Shown: positions 37,122 to 49,500 of the stretch, piece after piece | Numbering within the stretch: the first letter of the stretch is position 1 | How the letters are laid out: every line of letters starts with the position of its first letter | Assembly: GCF_037042905.1 (NCBI RefSeq) | Contig: NC_087254.1 | Span: forward strand, 3,534,001 to 3,598,000 | DNA: 64,000 nt | Reading direction: 5' to 3' | DNA from: Lytechinus pictus | Taxonomy: Eukaryota | Program-made: the position numbers and the translations under genes | Notes under the pieces: generated by a model | Told to the model about the DNA's origin: nothing | The model's database searches: none | Seen by the model: only the letters and a program-made list of their open reading frames with translations

Positions 37122-39811
37122 AAATGGCTGCTGTAGGCTGAAAATCCACAATTCATCCAAGTGGCTTTAATTAGGGTTTTATTCAATGGTTTAAAGGGTG
37201 AAGTAGTACATTGGGACAAGTTACAAGGAGATTCAGTGGTCTGGTGTCCAAAAATCCAAGATGGTGTCCAAAAAATCCAAGATGGCTTCCAAAATAAGAG
37301 TTAAAAATGGCTGCAAATAATCAGAATGGACATAGTTCATTTCATATCCGCCTGTGACATAGTGATTTTGGTGTTTTAAATAAGACATTGGGACATGTTA
37401 CAAGGACAGTCAGTGGTCTAGTATGTTCAAAAATCCAAGATTGCTTCAAAAAACGGGGTCTAAAGTTGCTGTTGCTACTTAAATAAACCCCGACATAGTT
37501 TGCTCAATATCCAGAAATATGATTTTGGTGTCTACACCATGGTTAAATGGGTCAAATAATACATTGGGATAAGTTACAAGGAAAGTAAGTGGTCTGGTAT
37601 ATGCAAAAATCCGCAATGGATTCCAAAAATTGATTCTTAAATGGCTTCTAATACTTAAAGCGGACATAGCTCATTTCATTTTGGCCTGGGAGATGTGATT
37701 TTGATGTCAAAACCATTGGTTTCAAGGGTCAAATGATATATTAGGATAAGTTACAAGGACAATCAGTGATCTGATATGTCCAAAAAACGAAGACGGCATC
37801 CGAAAATTGATCTTAAAAATAGGCTGCTGTTACTTAAAGCGGTCATAGCTTATTTCATATCGGCCTGGGAGATGCGATTCTGGTGTCAAAACCATTGGTT
37901 TCAAGGGTCAAATGATATATTAGGACAAGTTTTAAGGACAGTCAGTGGTCTGGTATGACCACAAATCTAATATGGCGTCAAAAAATTGATTCTAAAATGG
38001 CTGCTGATACTTAAAACTGGCATAGCTTATTTCACATCCGCCTGTGAGATATGATTTCGGTGTCTAAACTATGGTTTTAAGGGTCAAATTATATATTAGG
38101 ACAAAACAGTGACAGTCAGTGATCTAGTATGTCCGAAATTCCAAGACGTCTTCCAAAAATATAGTAAAATGTCTGATGTTACATACAAAAGGACATAGTT
38201 GTTTAATATCTGTCTGGGGAATATGAGTTTGGTGTCTAAACCATGGTTTAAAGGGTCGAATAATACACTAGGGTAAGTTACAAGACCAATCAGTTTTCTG
38301 TATGTTAAAAAATCCAAGATGACTAAAAAAATTGGGTGTAAATTGACTGTTGTTACTTCAAAATATACAGTTTATTAGAAAAACACCAGGTATGTCCAAA
38401 AATCGAAGATGGTTTTAAAAGTGGGGATCTTAAATGACTGCCGTTACTTAAAAGTGGATATAGAACATAACAAATACACCTTGGGGACTTTTTTTTGGTG
38501 TCTACACTCGGGTTTCAAGGGTCAAAAAATACTTTGGGACTGGTTACCATAATATGCACTTATCTATTTTGCCTTAAAATCCAAGTTGTCTTTAAAAAAT
38601 GGGTTCCAAAGTTACTGCTATAACTTAAAAATTGACATAGTTCATAGAATATCCACCTGTGTGAAATAATCCTGGTGCTTACACTGAAATGCATGGGGAT
38701 AAGTTATCATTAATTGGTAACAGCACCCATTTTGATGAAATTTTATAATCCGTTATGGATTTTTTTTTTTACAAAGTGGAATACTAACCACCCTTGTTAC
38801 TTGTTCGTGTGTATTATGTGACCCATCATACCACAAATTAGGCACCAACATTATTTTCTACAGATAGATATTGGAGAATTCTGACCATTATTGAGTCATA
38901 TGAGTCGTTTTAGATGCTTTTTTTGAAAACCCTCTTGGATTTTTTTTGGCAAACTGGACAACTGTATATCAATGTAACTAGTCCAAACTATTTTCAACTA
39001 TAAATTATTTTAACCATGAAACCATAGTGCGGACACCGAAATCATATCTCCTTGGTAGATTTTAAATGAACTATGTCCATTTTTAAAGTAACAGCAGTCC
39101 TTTTAGACTCCGATTTTTTGGAATCCATCTTGGATTTTCGACATACTGCCTTTTTTGACAAACTATGTTCTTATGTTTCGACATACTGATTGTCCTTGTA
39201 ACTAATTATCTGACTTTTAAAACCATGGTATAGACATCACAATCATATGCCCTTGAATGATATTACATGAACTATGTCCATTAGTAAATACCAGCGGCTA
39301 ATTTATACTATTTTTGAAGCCACTGTCGACTTTTGGACATACTTGACCACCCATCGTCCTTGTAACTTTTAGTCCCAATGTATTATTTGACCCATTAACC
39401 ATGGTAAAGGCACAAAAATCATATTCCCGGATATTGAACAAACTATGTTTTTTTTTTTATAGCAACAACATTTTTTAAAATCCTTTTTTGGAAGCCATCT
39501 TGAATTGTTTAACATACTGGTCCACTGACTTGTCCTGGTAACTTGTCCCAATGTATTATTTGACCATTAAAACCATGGTCTAGACACCAAAATCATATAT
39601 CCCAGTTGGATATGATATGAGCGATGTCCATTTTAAGTATTAACAGCCATTTCTGGAAGCCATCTAAGATTTTTGGACACACCAGACCACTGGCTGTCCT
39701 TGTAACTTGTCCCGATGTACTACTTCATAAAACTATTGAATGAAAACCAAATTGAAGCCACTTAAGAAAGTTATAGATGAATTTTGGATTTTTAGCCTAC
39801 GGCAGACATTT
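37122..39811. mobile_element. Foldback-like element: long inverted arms built of ~178-bp tandem subrepeats
   Basis: aaatggctgctgtaggctgaaaatcca at 37122 vs tggatttttagcctacggcagacattt ending 39811; cattgggacaagttacaagga units at about 37209, 37386, 37562, 37740, 37920, 38095 and reverse-complement units in about 38950-39720. Confidence 0.82.
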
Positions 39812-39889
39812 GGGTGCCATCTCAGAATTTCCTGGTACCCTGGAGTGCTAATATTCACTCTAACTTGTATCAATAAATACGTTTACCAA

Positions 39890-40680
39890 CAGGGCAATGG
39901 AATATGAACCCAAATAGGATTTATTTAATGACTACACAATGACACATTATGATGCCACCCATAACTCATCACAAGTTGAAACTAGTAAAGATTTAGGAGT
40001 GGTAGTTGACACAAAGCTTAGTTTGACCAGCATTTCCAGTCAAATATAAATAAAGCCAATAAGCTAATAAATCTAATTAGAAGAACATTTGTTTATCTTC
40101 ACTAGGAGAACGTTTTACTCCTATACAAAGCACTATACCCCATTTGGAGAATACTCGTGCATTATGGACTCCATACTTGAAAAAAACATATTCAAGCGCT
40201 AGAAAATGTACAAAGAAGGGCCACTAAGTTGATACTGAGGTAAAGAAACTTTCATATGAAAAAAAGATTAATTCAACTACAACATTAGCATATCGCAGTG
40301 CCCGAGGAGATATGATCAAAATATACAAGTTATTTCACTGGTATGAATTGGGTCAGGTGCATGGGCCTACCAGCGGTCATGGAAAAAATGTACATTCCGA
40401 GGTCAGATAACTGAGAAACCAAAGAATTATTTTTACATAAGAATGATGAAACCTTGGAATAGTCTAAGTAATGAATTAGTAAATGCACACAGTGTCCACA
40501 TCTTCCATATCTTCGAGAATGGACTGGATAAGTATTGGAAATGTGAACCAGAGAAGTTCTAGTTCGACGCTGACCCACCAGAACATGATCCCGTCAACCT
40601 AAAGAGGAGACACAATTTGGAAATGAATACATGAGTCTTAGACTGCGTTCAGAAGAATCCAAAGGAAGTAAGTAAGTAAG
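39890..40680 (+). mobile_element. CR1-clade LINE 3' fragment, decayed
   Basis: With frameshifts reads KDLGVVVDTKLS, KANK, LIRRTFVYL, LYKAL, WTPYLKK, ALENVQRRATKLI, RGDMI; (GTAA)n tail at about 40668-40680. Confidence 0.85.
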
Positions 40681-40685
40681 AAAGT

Positions 40686-41400
40686 AAATAGGAAGAAGAC
40701 GAAGAAGAAGGAAATAAAAAGAGATGGGGAAAAGAAGAAGAAGGAGACGAAAGGAGATGAGTGAAAAGAAGGAGAAGAAGAAGGAAGAAGAAGAAAAAAG
40801 GAGACGAAGAAGCAGAAGAAGAAGCAGAAGAAGAAGAAAGAAGAAGAAAAAGAATGGAGAAGAAAAAAGAAGAAGAAGGAAGGAGAAGAAGAAGAAAGAG
40901 GAAGAAGCAAAAAAGGAGAAGAAAAAAAGAGAAGAAGAAAGGAGAAGAAGAAAGGAGATGGAGAAGAAGATTAAATGATAAGAATAAAAGGAAAGAAGAA
41001 GAATGGGAAGAAAAAAGAAGAAGAAAGAAAAGAAGAATAAGAGGAAGAAGAACAAGAACAAGATAGAATAGAAGAAGTAAGAAGAAGTGGAAGAAGAAGA
41101 AAAAAAGAAGAAAGAAAAGAAGAATAAGAGGAATAAGAACAAGAACAAGATAGAAGAGAAGAAGTAAAGATGAAGTGGAAGAAGAAGAAAAAAAAGAAGA
41201 AAGAAAAGAAAAATAAGAGGAAGAAGAACAAGAACAAGATAGGAGAAGAGAAGAAGTAAGAAGAAGTGGAAGAAGGAGAAGGGGAAGAAGAAGTGGAAGA
41301 AGAAGGGGAAGAAGAAGAAGTGGAAGAAGAAGAAGGGGAAGAAGAAAAAGAGAAGAAGAAAGAATGGAAGAAGAAAAAGAAAGGGGAAGAAGTACAACAG
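40686..41400. repeat. Polypurine (GAA)n-derived satellite
   Basis: About 700 bp almost exclusively A/G on the + strand, with ~85-90-bp internal duplications. Confidence 0.95.
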
Positions 41401-43269
41401 AACAACAACAATGATATCTCATTGCAGTATATTTTGAAAATTCTTACTTGAGTCTTCCTCATGCATTATTTTATATATCTTTTTCACATAAAAATGTCAT
41501 TTGCTTAGTTTTATTTTCGCTCATAAAACAGAATGAGTAAATACAGTACTCTGGTTTAGAATAATAAATTCAATACTAGATACCCCATTGTGACGAAAGA
41601 ACACAGTGTCACCTTTTTGTATGAAAGGAAAATGGAATATTTTCACGTTCCGAAGGTTGTTTTCAAACCTTGACATATCAAAATAGCGAACAATCCAGTT
41701 GTGAACAAGGCGCTGGCATGCCAATAATATTCACTTAAACTTTCAATATATGAGATGTAGGATATAAATAAAATAATACCTATAGGTCTTTTTTTGGCAA
41801 TTTATGTTTCTAGATAATATATGTCATTTCAACTTATAAAGTAAGTTGACATTTTCATCTCCAAGAAACAATTCAATAGTAGATACTAACACATCGGTTT
41901 TGACATTACAATGATTTCTATAATTTCTATTTATCCTTTTACTCATGATATAGGGCATTTATATGAAGAGATTGAATCCAAAAGGGGATAAAACCTCTTT
42001 TTACCAAATTTAATTTTAAATATAGTATATTGGACATGGGAATCAAATGCACCATATCGCATTTGAAGTTTTTTGGGGAATTAGGTAATAATTGATTGTA
42101 AATTTTCCAAAAGGAGCTTAATCGACGATACGGTCATTTGAAATTGATTAATTTTGCTACTTTATATAAAGTCATGCATGCAATCACTTAGGTACATGTT
42201 GTTGATACAAGTTCCCACATTAGTGCAAATTTTGATGAAAATAACAGGGTTTCACTATTATTATGAATATTTTTGGATTTAGCTCCTATTGTATTAGATA
42301 TTGAAAAGTTGCCATCCTTAGAAAAGGTTAAACAAATATCGTTTTCTTTTTGTAATTTTCAATGAATAAACATCGGAAAAGATGTGAAATATACTCTCCG
42401 CTAGTAGCATTCATGTGTTTCGTGTTCAATTTCTAATATTAAATATGTTTGAATTTGCAAAGAATGGACATTCTACAAGGTTTTATTCCAAATGGAGCTA
42501 AGTCCATGAAAATCAAGTTTTTAAAAAATTCTTAAAAATTGATAATGAACATTAGATTTTTGAAAACATGATTTAATTTATCTAAGATGATAGAAAAATA
42601 AGACAGCAGTAGATAGGGAAAGTGATGAATAAAAAAAGGATTTTCAGAAAGAAAGGCAAAAGTTGATTTAGCTCCTTTTGAATAAATCTGTTTATATCCT
42701 TTTTTTATGAGCCTTATCAGTCAATAAAGATATCATATTGAATTAATACATGTATAAGTCTAAAGTTTGTTTAAGCAGGGGTAACCAAAGAATCAAAACA
42801 CTCACGCACATGGGCGTACACTCTAGATCAAATATTATTTTGGGATACAATGTACGCACGAAAATAATATTGGACTCCTCCCTCTTTTAGATAGGGACTA
42901 CTTACCCTGGCCCACATACATTAATATCTGAAACAAAAATGATCAAAATATTGGTTACAGTTCACTCTAGACTTTCCTAAGAATGAATTTCATTGTCCAT
43001 CAACACATTTGAAAATCCCCTCCAAAAAGAAGACAATTGAAGTGCAAATTACTTAACATGAAAGGCTACAAGAGTATCTCTTTGCATAATTATATAAATA
43101 AAGTAGGAAATGCGAGCTCTTTCAGATTGGATGGACGCAATTTTTGCACTCTCTGAATTGATACAATTTTTACATGTTTATTTAATACACTGTTGACATA
43201 CACACAATGCCTTTCAGCCACACCTATTCTTCAAAAGCTATGGCAACCAAACAAAAGGAGCAAATCAAA

Positions 43270-43489
43270 GACAGGGAGAGATAAATACAGGCAGAGAGAA
43301 AGAGAGAGAGGAGAAAATAAAGAGAGGAAGAGGGACAGAAAAGAGAGAAGGAAAGATTGGGCGCGGGAGAGATGTGACTTTGTGTTAAGCCAAGAAACAG
43401 TTTAGTACCACAATTCATTGTAGGAAAACTTGATAAAGGAACCTAGTTTATAACTTCTAATGTAGGTGATTATTTGATTGTCGGAAATA
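43270..43489 (+). promoter_or_regulatory. Candidate promoter/5' UTR region of gene B, with GA-rich tract
   Basis: (GA)-rich run at about 43270-43352 directly upstream of the signal-peptide exon; positional inference only. Confidence 0.3.
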
Positions 43490-43556
43490 ATGTGGATTTA
43501 TGCAGCATTCGTACTGTATTCCCTATCGCTATCTTCAGGAATTAATGGCCAAAGCG
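43490..43556 (+). CDS. Gene B probable first coding exon: signal peptide (MWIYAAFVLYSLSLSSGING-QS)
   Basis: aaataATG...AGCG|gtaagc; phase-1 donor fits the phase-1 acceptor at 47881; hydrophobic core and small-residue cleavage site. Confidence 0.72.
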
Positions 43557-46500
43557 GTAAGCTTCTTTTATCATTTATGTTCCCGTTTGCGTCATTCTGA
43601 TCTCTCAAGATAAATACATTTATCATTCAATATAATTCAAACATTGCATTATAGACATCACGTTGTATCCCAGGGCAAAATTCAATTCCGATTCCAAAAT
43701 TTCAATTCCAATTGAAACCCATTGAAATTTCAATTGGATTCAATTGGTTTCAATTTGGACAGTTGGTATCAATGTGTTTCAATAGGTCCAATGGGTCCAA
43801 ATAAGATACCAGTTAAGGCCCTATTGTAGGGTCTATTGGTCTCAATTCGGCCAACTGGCCCCATTAGAATTCAATATGAGGGACCAATTGAAGACCAATA
43901 CCCATTGAATTTTCATTTGGTTTCAATTTGGTTAAAAAAATCCTAAATCTTATTTGTTATCATGTGAATTTCATTTCCATTTAAAGTTTAGTCTATATTA
44001 ATTTTTGAATTCTACCTGAGAGAGAGATGGGGAAGGGGGAATGGGGGGGGGATCTATTATTATTATCATTGTCATATTTGTATTTTTTAAACTTTTGACT
44101 CCTGTTATTTACAAGCTTTTATAAAAAGCTTTCTACAGGTGTTCCAATTTCCATTTATTTATCTTTTAATCTTAATTTGCTATACTGATGTATTTTATTA
44201 AATATTTTGTATATACCTGTATATTTCAACTGTACATATTTTGATGTTTTTAATGGAAAAGAATAAATGAATTGAATTGGTTTTAGTTGGTTTCAAATTT
44301 GATTCAATTGGTATCACTGGGTTTCAATAGGTCCAATCGGTCCATATAAGATACTAGTTGAGTTCCTTTTGTAGGGTCAATTGGGCCAAATGGCCCCATT
44401 TGAATTCAATGGGGACCAATTGAGGACGAATTTATGTCTATTGGGGCCAATTGGTCCCAATATGTCTTCAATGGGTCTTCAATTGGTCCCCAATTGAATT
44501 ATAATGAGACCAACCGCCCTGTAGGATTTTTCTGACTCGTTTCAGTAGGTCCCACTGGTCCACCTGGTCTCTGAATGGGTTTCATTTGGGATCAGTTGCC
44601 AATTGGTTTCAATTGGGACAAATAGCCAATATTGGGTTTCAATTGGGAGCATGTGATCAGCTTATTTGCATATCACACGTATATGTCGGTATGTATAACA
44701 TTTTATTGTCTTAGCAATGTATTTCTTAGTCATTTACCATCTTCCAGTGATACACTAGTTTGAGAAACAAGCAAAGAATGAGTAACAAAGAATGAAATAC
44801 CCATAAATTATATATATTTCAATTGCAATAGATTAAAACAACCACACTAACCATAACCAAACCACACCGAATAAGATACATGTACATGCTTTAAGCAACT
44901 ACTCTTCACCAGATGGAATAAAAGTTTGCACGATATGTTTGCCCTTTGCATTGATATTTATGCGACAGATAGTATGCTTCTACATTAGCATGAGCAGATA
45001 TTGGCGGAATTTCCAAATTCTCTACTAAGATAATTTTGTTCCACTAATTTTGCTTATGCCAATTAGAAATTCCCATTGAAATCAATTGACTAGAATCGGT
45101 TTCAATTGGATCCTAACCAGTTGTTTTCCAATTGAGACCAATTGGCTATTATTTCCAGTTAAAATCGATTGGTCCTAATTGGGACCAATAGTCAATTGAT
45201 TTCAATGGGTAACCATTGTTTCACTTTCCATGTACTCTAAATTGGAAACAGATGCCAATTGGTATTCAGTTTGGATATTCAATGGGTTTTCAATGGGAAA
45301 TTCGTCCTGGATGGGGTTGTGTAAAATCGATTCTCATTCATTTATTCATTGTCATTGTCATATAAAATTATGCTGTAATAATATTTATTACTTATTTGTC
45401 CACTATAAACAGCAAATATTCATTAAAGTAAAGTCACTAGCGGATCCAAAAAAAAAGGGGGGGGGGCAGAGCACGCGACTCGGGCGACATACATACATTT
45501 GAGACATTTACGAGTTCATTTCAAATTTTCAATAAAATCAGAAAAAAGGGAAAGAGCTAGAGGATATGGCATTATCGTTCCATCTATTGCATATTCATGG
45601 CCACATGCTGCTCTGTATTATCAGTTGCAAAAAAGTGTTTAATTTTTAATATTCAAGAATTTTGTTATTGTTTATCAGATTTTGATGAATTTTCAGCAAT
45701 TTGCTCATCTAATTTTACTCAATTTATTCATATATTGTTGGGCCCAGAACACCCCTTTAATTCGGTCGAGGTATATTATGATTTTTTGTCGGGGGTTCAA
45801 AGAGAGGCTTGCGCCAAAATGGCAGAAATGAGAAATTTGATGATTAGACTTTTGGCTAATCAGCAGACTTCCTTTTAATCTTTTCATTTTTTAAACATAA
45901 TTTTCGAATCATGCTGTCAAATTTCATTTACAAATATATTTATTTACCTGAATTCTTTTGTTTTTTTCATTTAAATTTATTTTGCCTTTGAATTTTCCTT
46001 CACAAGTAAGAAAAGAAGACTTTTTATCAACCTAAGTAAGAAGATTTGCATTATTAATTTGGAGAATTCGTAATCGTTCAAATCCTTTTATTGTGTTAAA
46101 CAAATTATGTTATGGTACCTAAAAAGACATGAATCCTATTTTATAGGGGTTGTTGAATCCTTCACCAAGTCTAATTATGTGCTTGACATGACAAACAGGA
46201 AAGGATTCATGTCTTTCAATGGCAATGGTGTATTTAATCAATTTTGAAGGAGCAAGATAGGGCAGATCGGGTAAAATGTATTAAAAAGTTGTGACGCGAG
46301 CAAGCAAAAATGTCTACTTTTTATTAAAATATCAAATTTTGTGATTTTGACTTGATATTCAGAAAATGATATAAAATTTCACTTTCTATGTTTTTGTCAT
46401 TTTCTTTTCCACTTTTTTCTTGGTCATATTTTTGTTAATTTGGCAGAGGGGCGGGGGGAGCAGCACCCGAGCCCCCACCCATCAGTATGCCTCTGTTCAA

Positions 46501-49500
46501 AGGCACCAAACCTTTGTAGCACACAATGAAAGGATTTGAAAAAAAGACACGCTCTCCCATACTTCAGTTCAAAAAAATTGTTCTTGCCTAAAGAAGGAAT
46601 ATTCAAAGCTAAAAGATAACATATTAAAAAGGAACAACAGAAATATTCAAGCAAATAAGTAGATTTTGAAATGAATTTTGACCGCATAATTCGAAAATTA
46701 AGGCAAGGGTAATGAAAAAGTTAAAAGTAAGTCTGCTGATTAGAAGTCCGACCATCATATTTATCATTTTATGCCATTTTGGCGCAAGCTTCCTTTTTAA
46801 CCCCAGACAAAAACATTCCGTGTTCGCTCAAGCATGAACAAAACTAAATTATTTTAATGGCATTTGGAGGACAAGACTTCAGAGCACCTATTGACAACAA
46901 AATATAGAGATCAGAATTTGAAACAAAAATTGTATAGACTTTTCAAATCTGTCCCGTTTTTTTTAACGCATTGTATATGTCCACACCAGAGAAGTATTGA
47001 AACAACACCAGTTTGGAATCAAACCGATGCTGTTTTAATACTAATTGGTGTTGTATAAACACCTTTCTGGTGTTAGACCAAAACGAATCTGGTGCTGTTT
47101 AACACTTCTCTTGTGTGGACATATATACATGTAGATTCCGGGCTGGTGTTAAATCAACACCGGAGTTTTTGCAGTGTAGACAAGGTGACATTTAGACCAA
47201 GCAAGATTGTAAAAATAGTATTATGCATGATGATTTTTTTCTTCTTTTAAACCAGTACTGGTCTTCTTTATTTGAATAAAAATATACACATATATATGTA
47301 CACAAATAAAAGTTTTACAAGTTATTCAGTATTAGATTCCATTTGCTCATATTCATATACAAATTTTCATTTCGTTTACCTTTCTCATTATCATATCTTT
47401 TTTCCACAACATATATGAACATAATTTTCAAATCATAAAACTTCATCTTTTTCATTGTAACATTTGTAAATAGAATATAATGCATAATTCAAAATTAAAT
47501 TAATTTCTTTTCCTTTTTCTTTTCTTAGACCGTAAACAATATGCTGAGGCTTCAAACACAAATTTTGAATTAAACATTTTCTTATGGGTGCTTCGACGTA
47601 TTTCCAAAACTTATCAACCTCTGTACACAACCAAAACAAATGAAATAAATCACTCAACTTATTGCACTCACTACAAATATCTGTGTTTCTTAAATTCAAT
47701 TTTTTTAAGTTACAGAGAGTAGGTAATAAATTATACATAAAATTGAAATTAAAGTTTTACAATTTAAATTTTACAAAATATTTGTTATTTTACTGCATTT
47801 TGATGAATAAGATTTACACATTCGTATTTTTTCTTGGATGTTTTGTTCTTATTCTTGGCTGTTATGAACTGAATGGAACAGTGGTGTGTCCGGATGACGT
47901 CACAATGACTGTGACTTCAGTGCAAGATGAGGTAGCAGTATCTTGGGCTGACCCAACACCGGATGGTACACCGTTGATGATGGAGTCGTCACGTACCAAC
48001 GGATCAATGTTTGGTGTAGGTAGACACGCTGTACTCTACACCGTCGATTACACAGGCGGTGTTTCAGTGATGTGTTTCTTCTATGTCATTATCACAGGTG
48101 AGCGTTTTATTTTATACACCACACTATCAAGGGTATTTTTTGGGGCAAAGAGTTAAGTGGATATGACATGCTAAAGTCATGCATAATTGTTAATGGACGT
48201 ATGATATCACAGTTTATGACCGAAAGTTCAGAGTTCTCCCAGGCTTTAGCTGACCAATATGGTGACGGGCTATACAAAGTCGGTTTAATGAGAAATATTA
48301 GGCCTAGACAAACGATATTTGGCATTTAATTTGCTTATAGCCAATTTTTCAAAGAAATAAAACATCAACTATGCATGGTGAGCGAAAGTGTGCCTATGTG
48401 GTTTTTTATAAGTCTAAATAGACTATTTATAGACTATTTAGGCTGTTTTAACGCCCAAGAAGACGGAGGGTGGGGGTACCCATGGCATAATCTACAAAAT
48501 CATTATATCTAATTCTGCGAAAAATCTCATTGATAATTAATTTTGCTAATTTTTTGCGTAAAATCAAAAGTTATTTGCTCTAATTAAGTAAATAATGCCC
48601 CTACAATGCTAATATTAGGTTTTTATATATACTCTGAGAAAAAAATATTTAGAAATATTCAACATCACTTTTATTTTCTTATGTCTTATTATCTTATTGT
48701 TTCCTAAATGTCTTATGTATTTCCTTGTATGACGACTTTTTATTGCTATTTTTATTCGAAATTGTCAGAGACTTTTTTTTACCATAAACAAAATGAAATT
48801 TATTGATTTTAGTCGGAAGGAAAAAATGATGCATTTCTAATATTATAGCTGTAAACACTATTTGCATTGGATTTGTGCACAAATTTAATTTTTGGGGTCT
48901 GCACGCACTTACAAGATGTTGTGTAATTTTGGAACCGCCTATGCATGGTGAGGGGGTCACAATTTTAGTCTCAAAAGTTGCATGAGACTTGAAAGTAAAA
49001 AGTCAGCAAGCGACGGGTTAAAACAAAATTGCGCGGCGGATTTTAATATCGCGAAAAATGTCGTCTGGGGGCTGACCCATCCCCCAGTCGTATTAGGGTT
49101 GAGTGTGTTTAAATGCACACGTTTCTTTATTTCAATCCATTCCATATCCAATCCAATCCATTATTTCAATTTTAATCTTAATTAATTTTAAAGGCAATAT
49201 AATTACACAAATCGTTCTTAATCCTATGCACAAGTATATTATGCCAGTGTTTGACTTTTTGTAAATATGTTCATTTTCTATGTTATGTTTTGTATGTTCA
49301 ATTCCATGTAAAGATCTTATTCATTTGGACAATAAATACTACCTTATGAAACTTATTTGCAAGGTGAACATACAGCAAGGTGAACTTAAGGTTAAAAAGG
49401 AAAAGAAAAATATCCACTGAACTGAATTAAGAAGTGAGATATGAATGATCATTTACAGGAACGCCTATGCACAAAGAAAATGATTCCAAGATGTATTTCC

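Noticed and set aside
40594-41462. Phe/Leu/Ser-rich and Lys/Glu/Arg-rich ORFs
   Set aside because: Translations of the (GAA)n tract.
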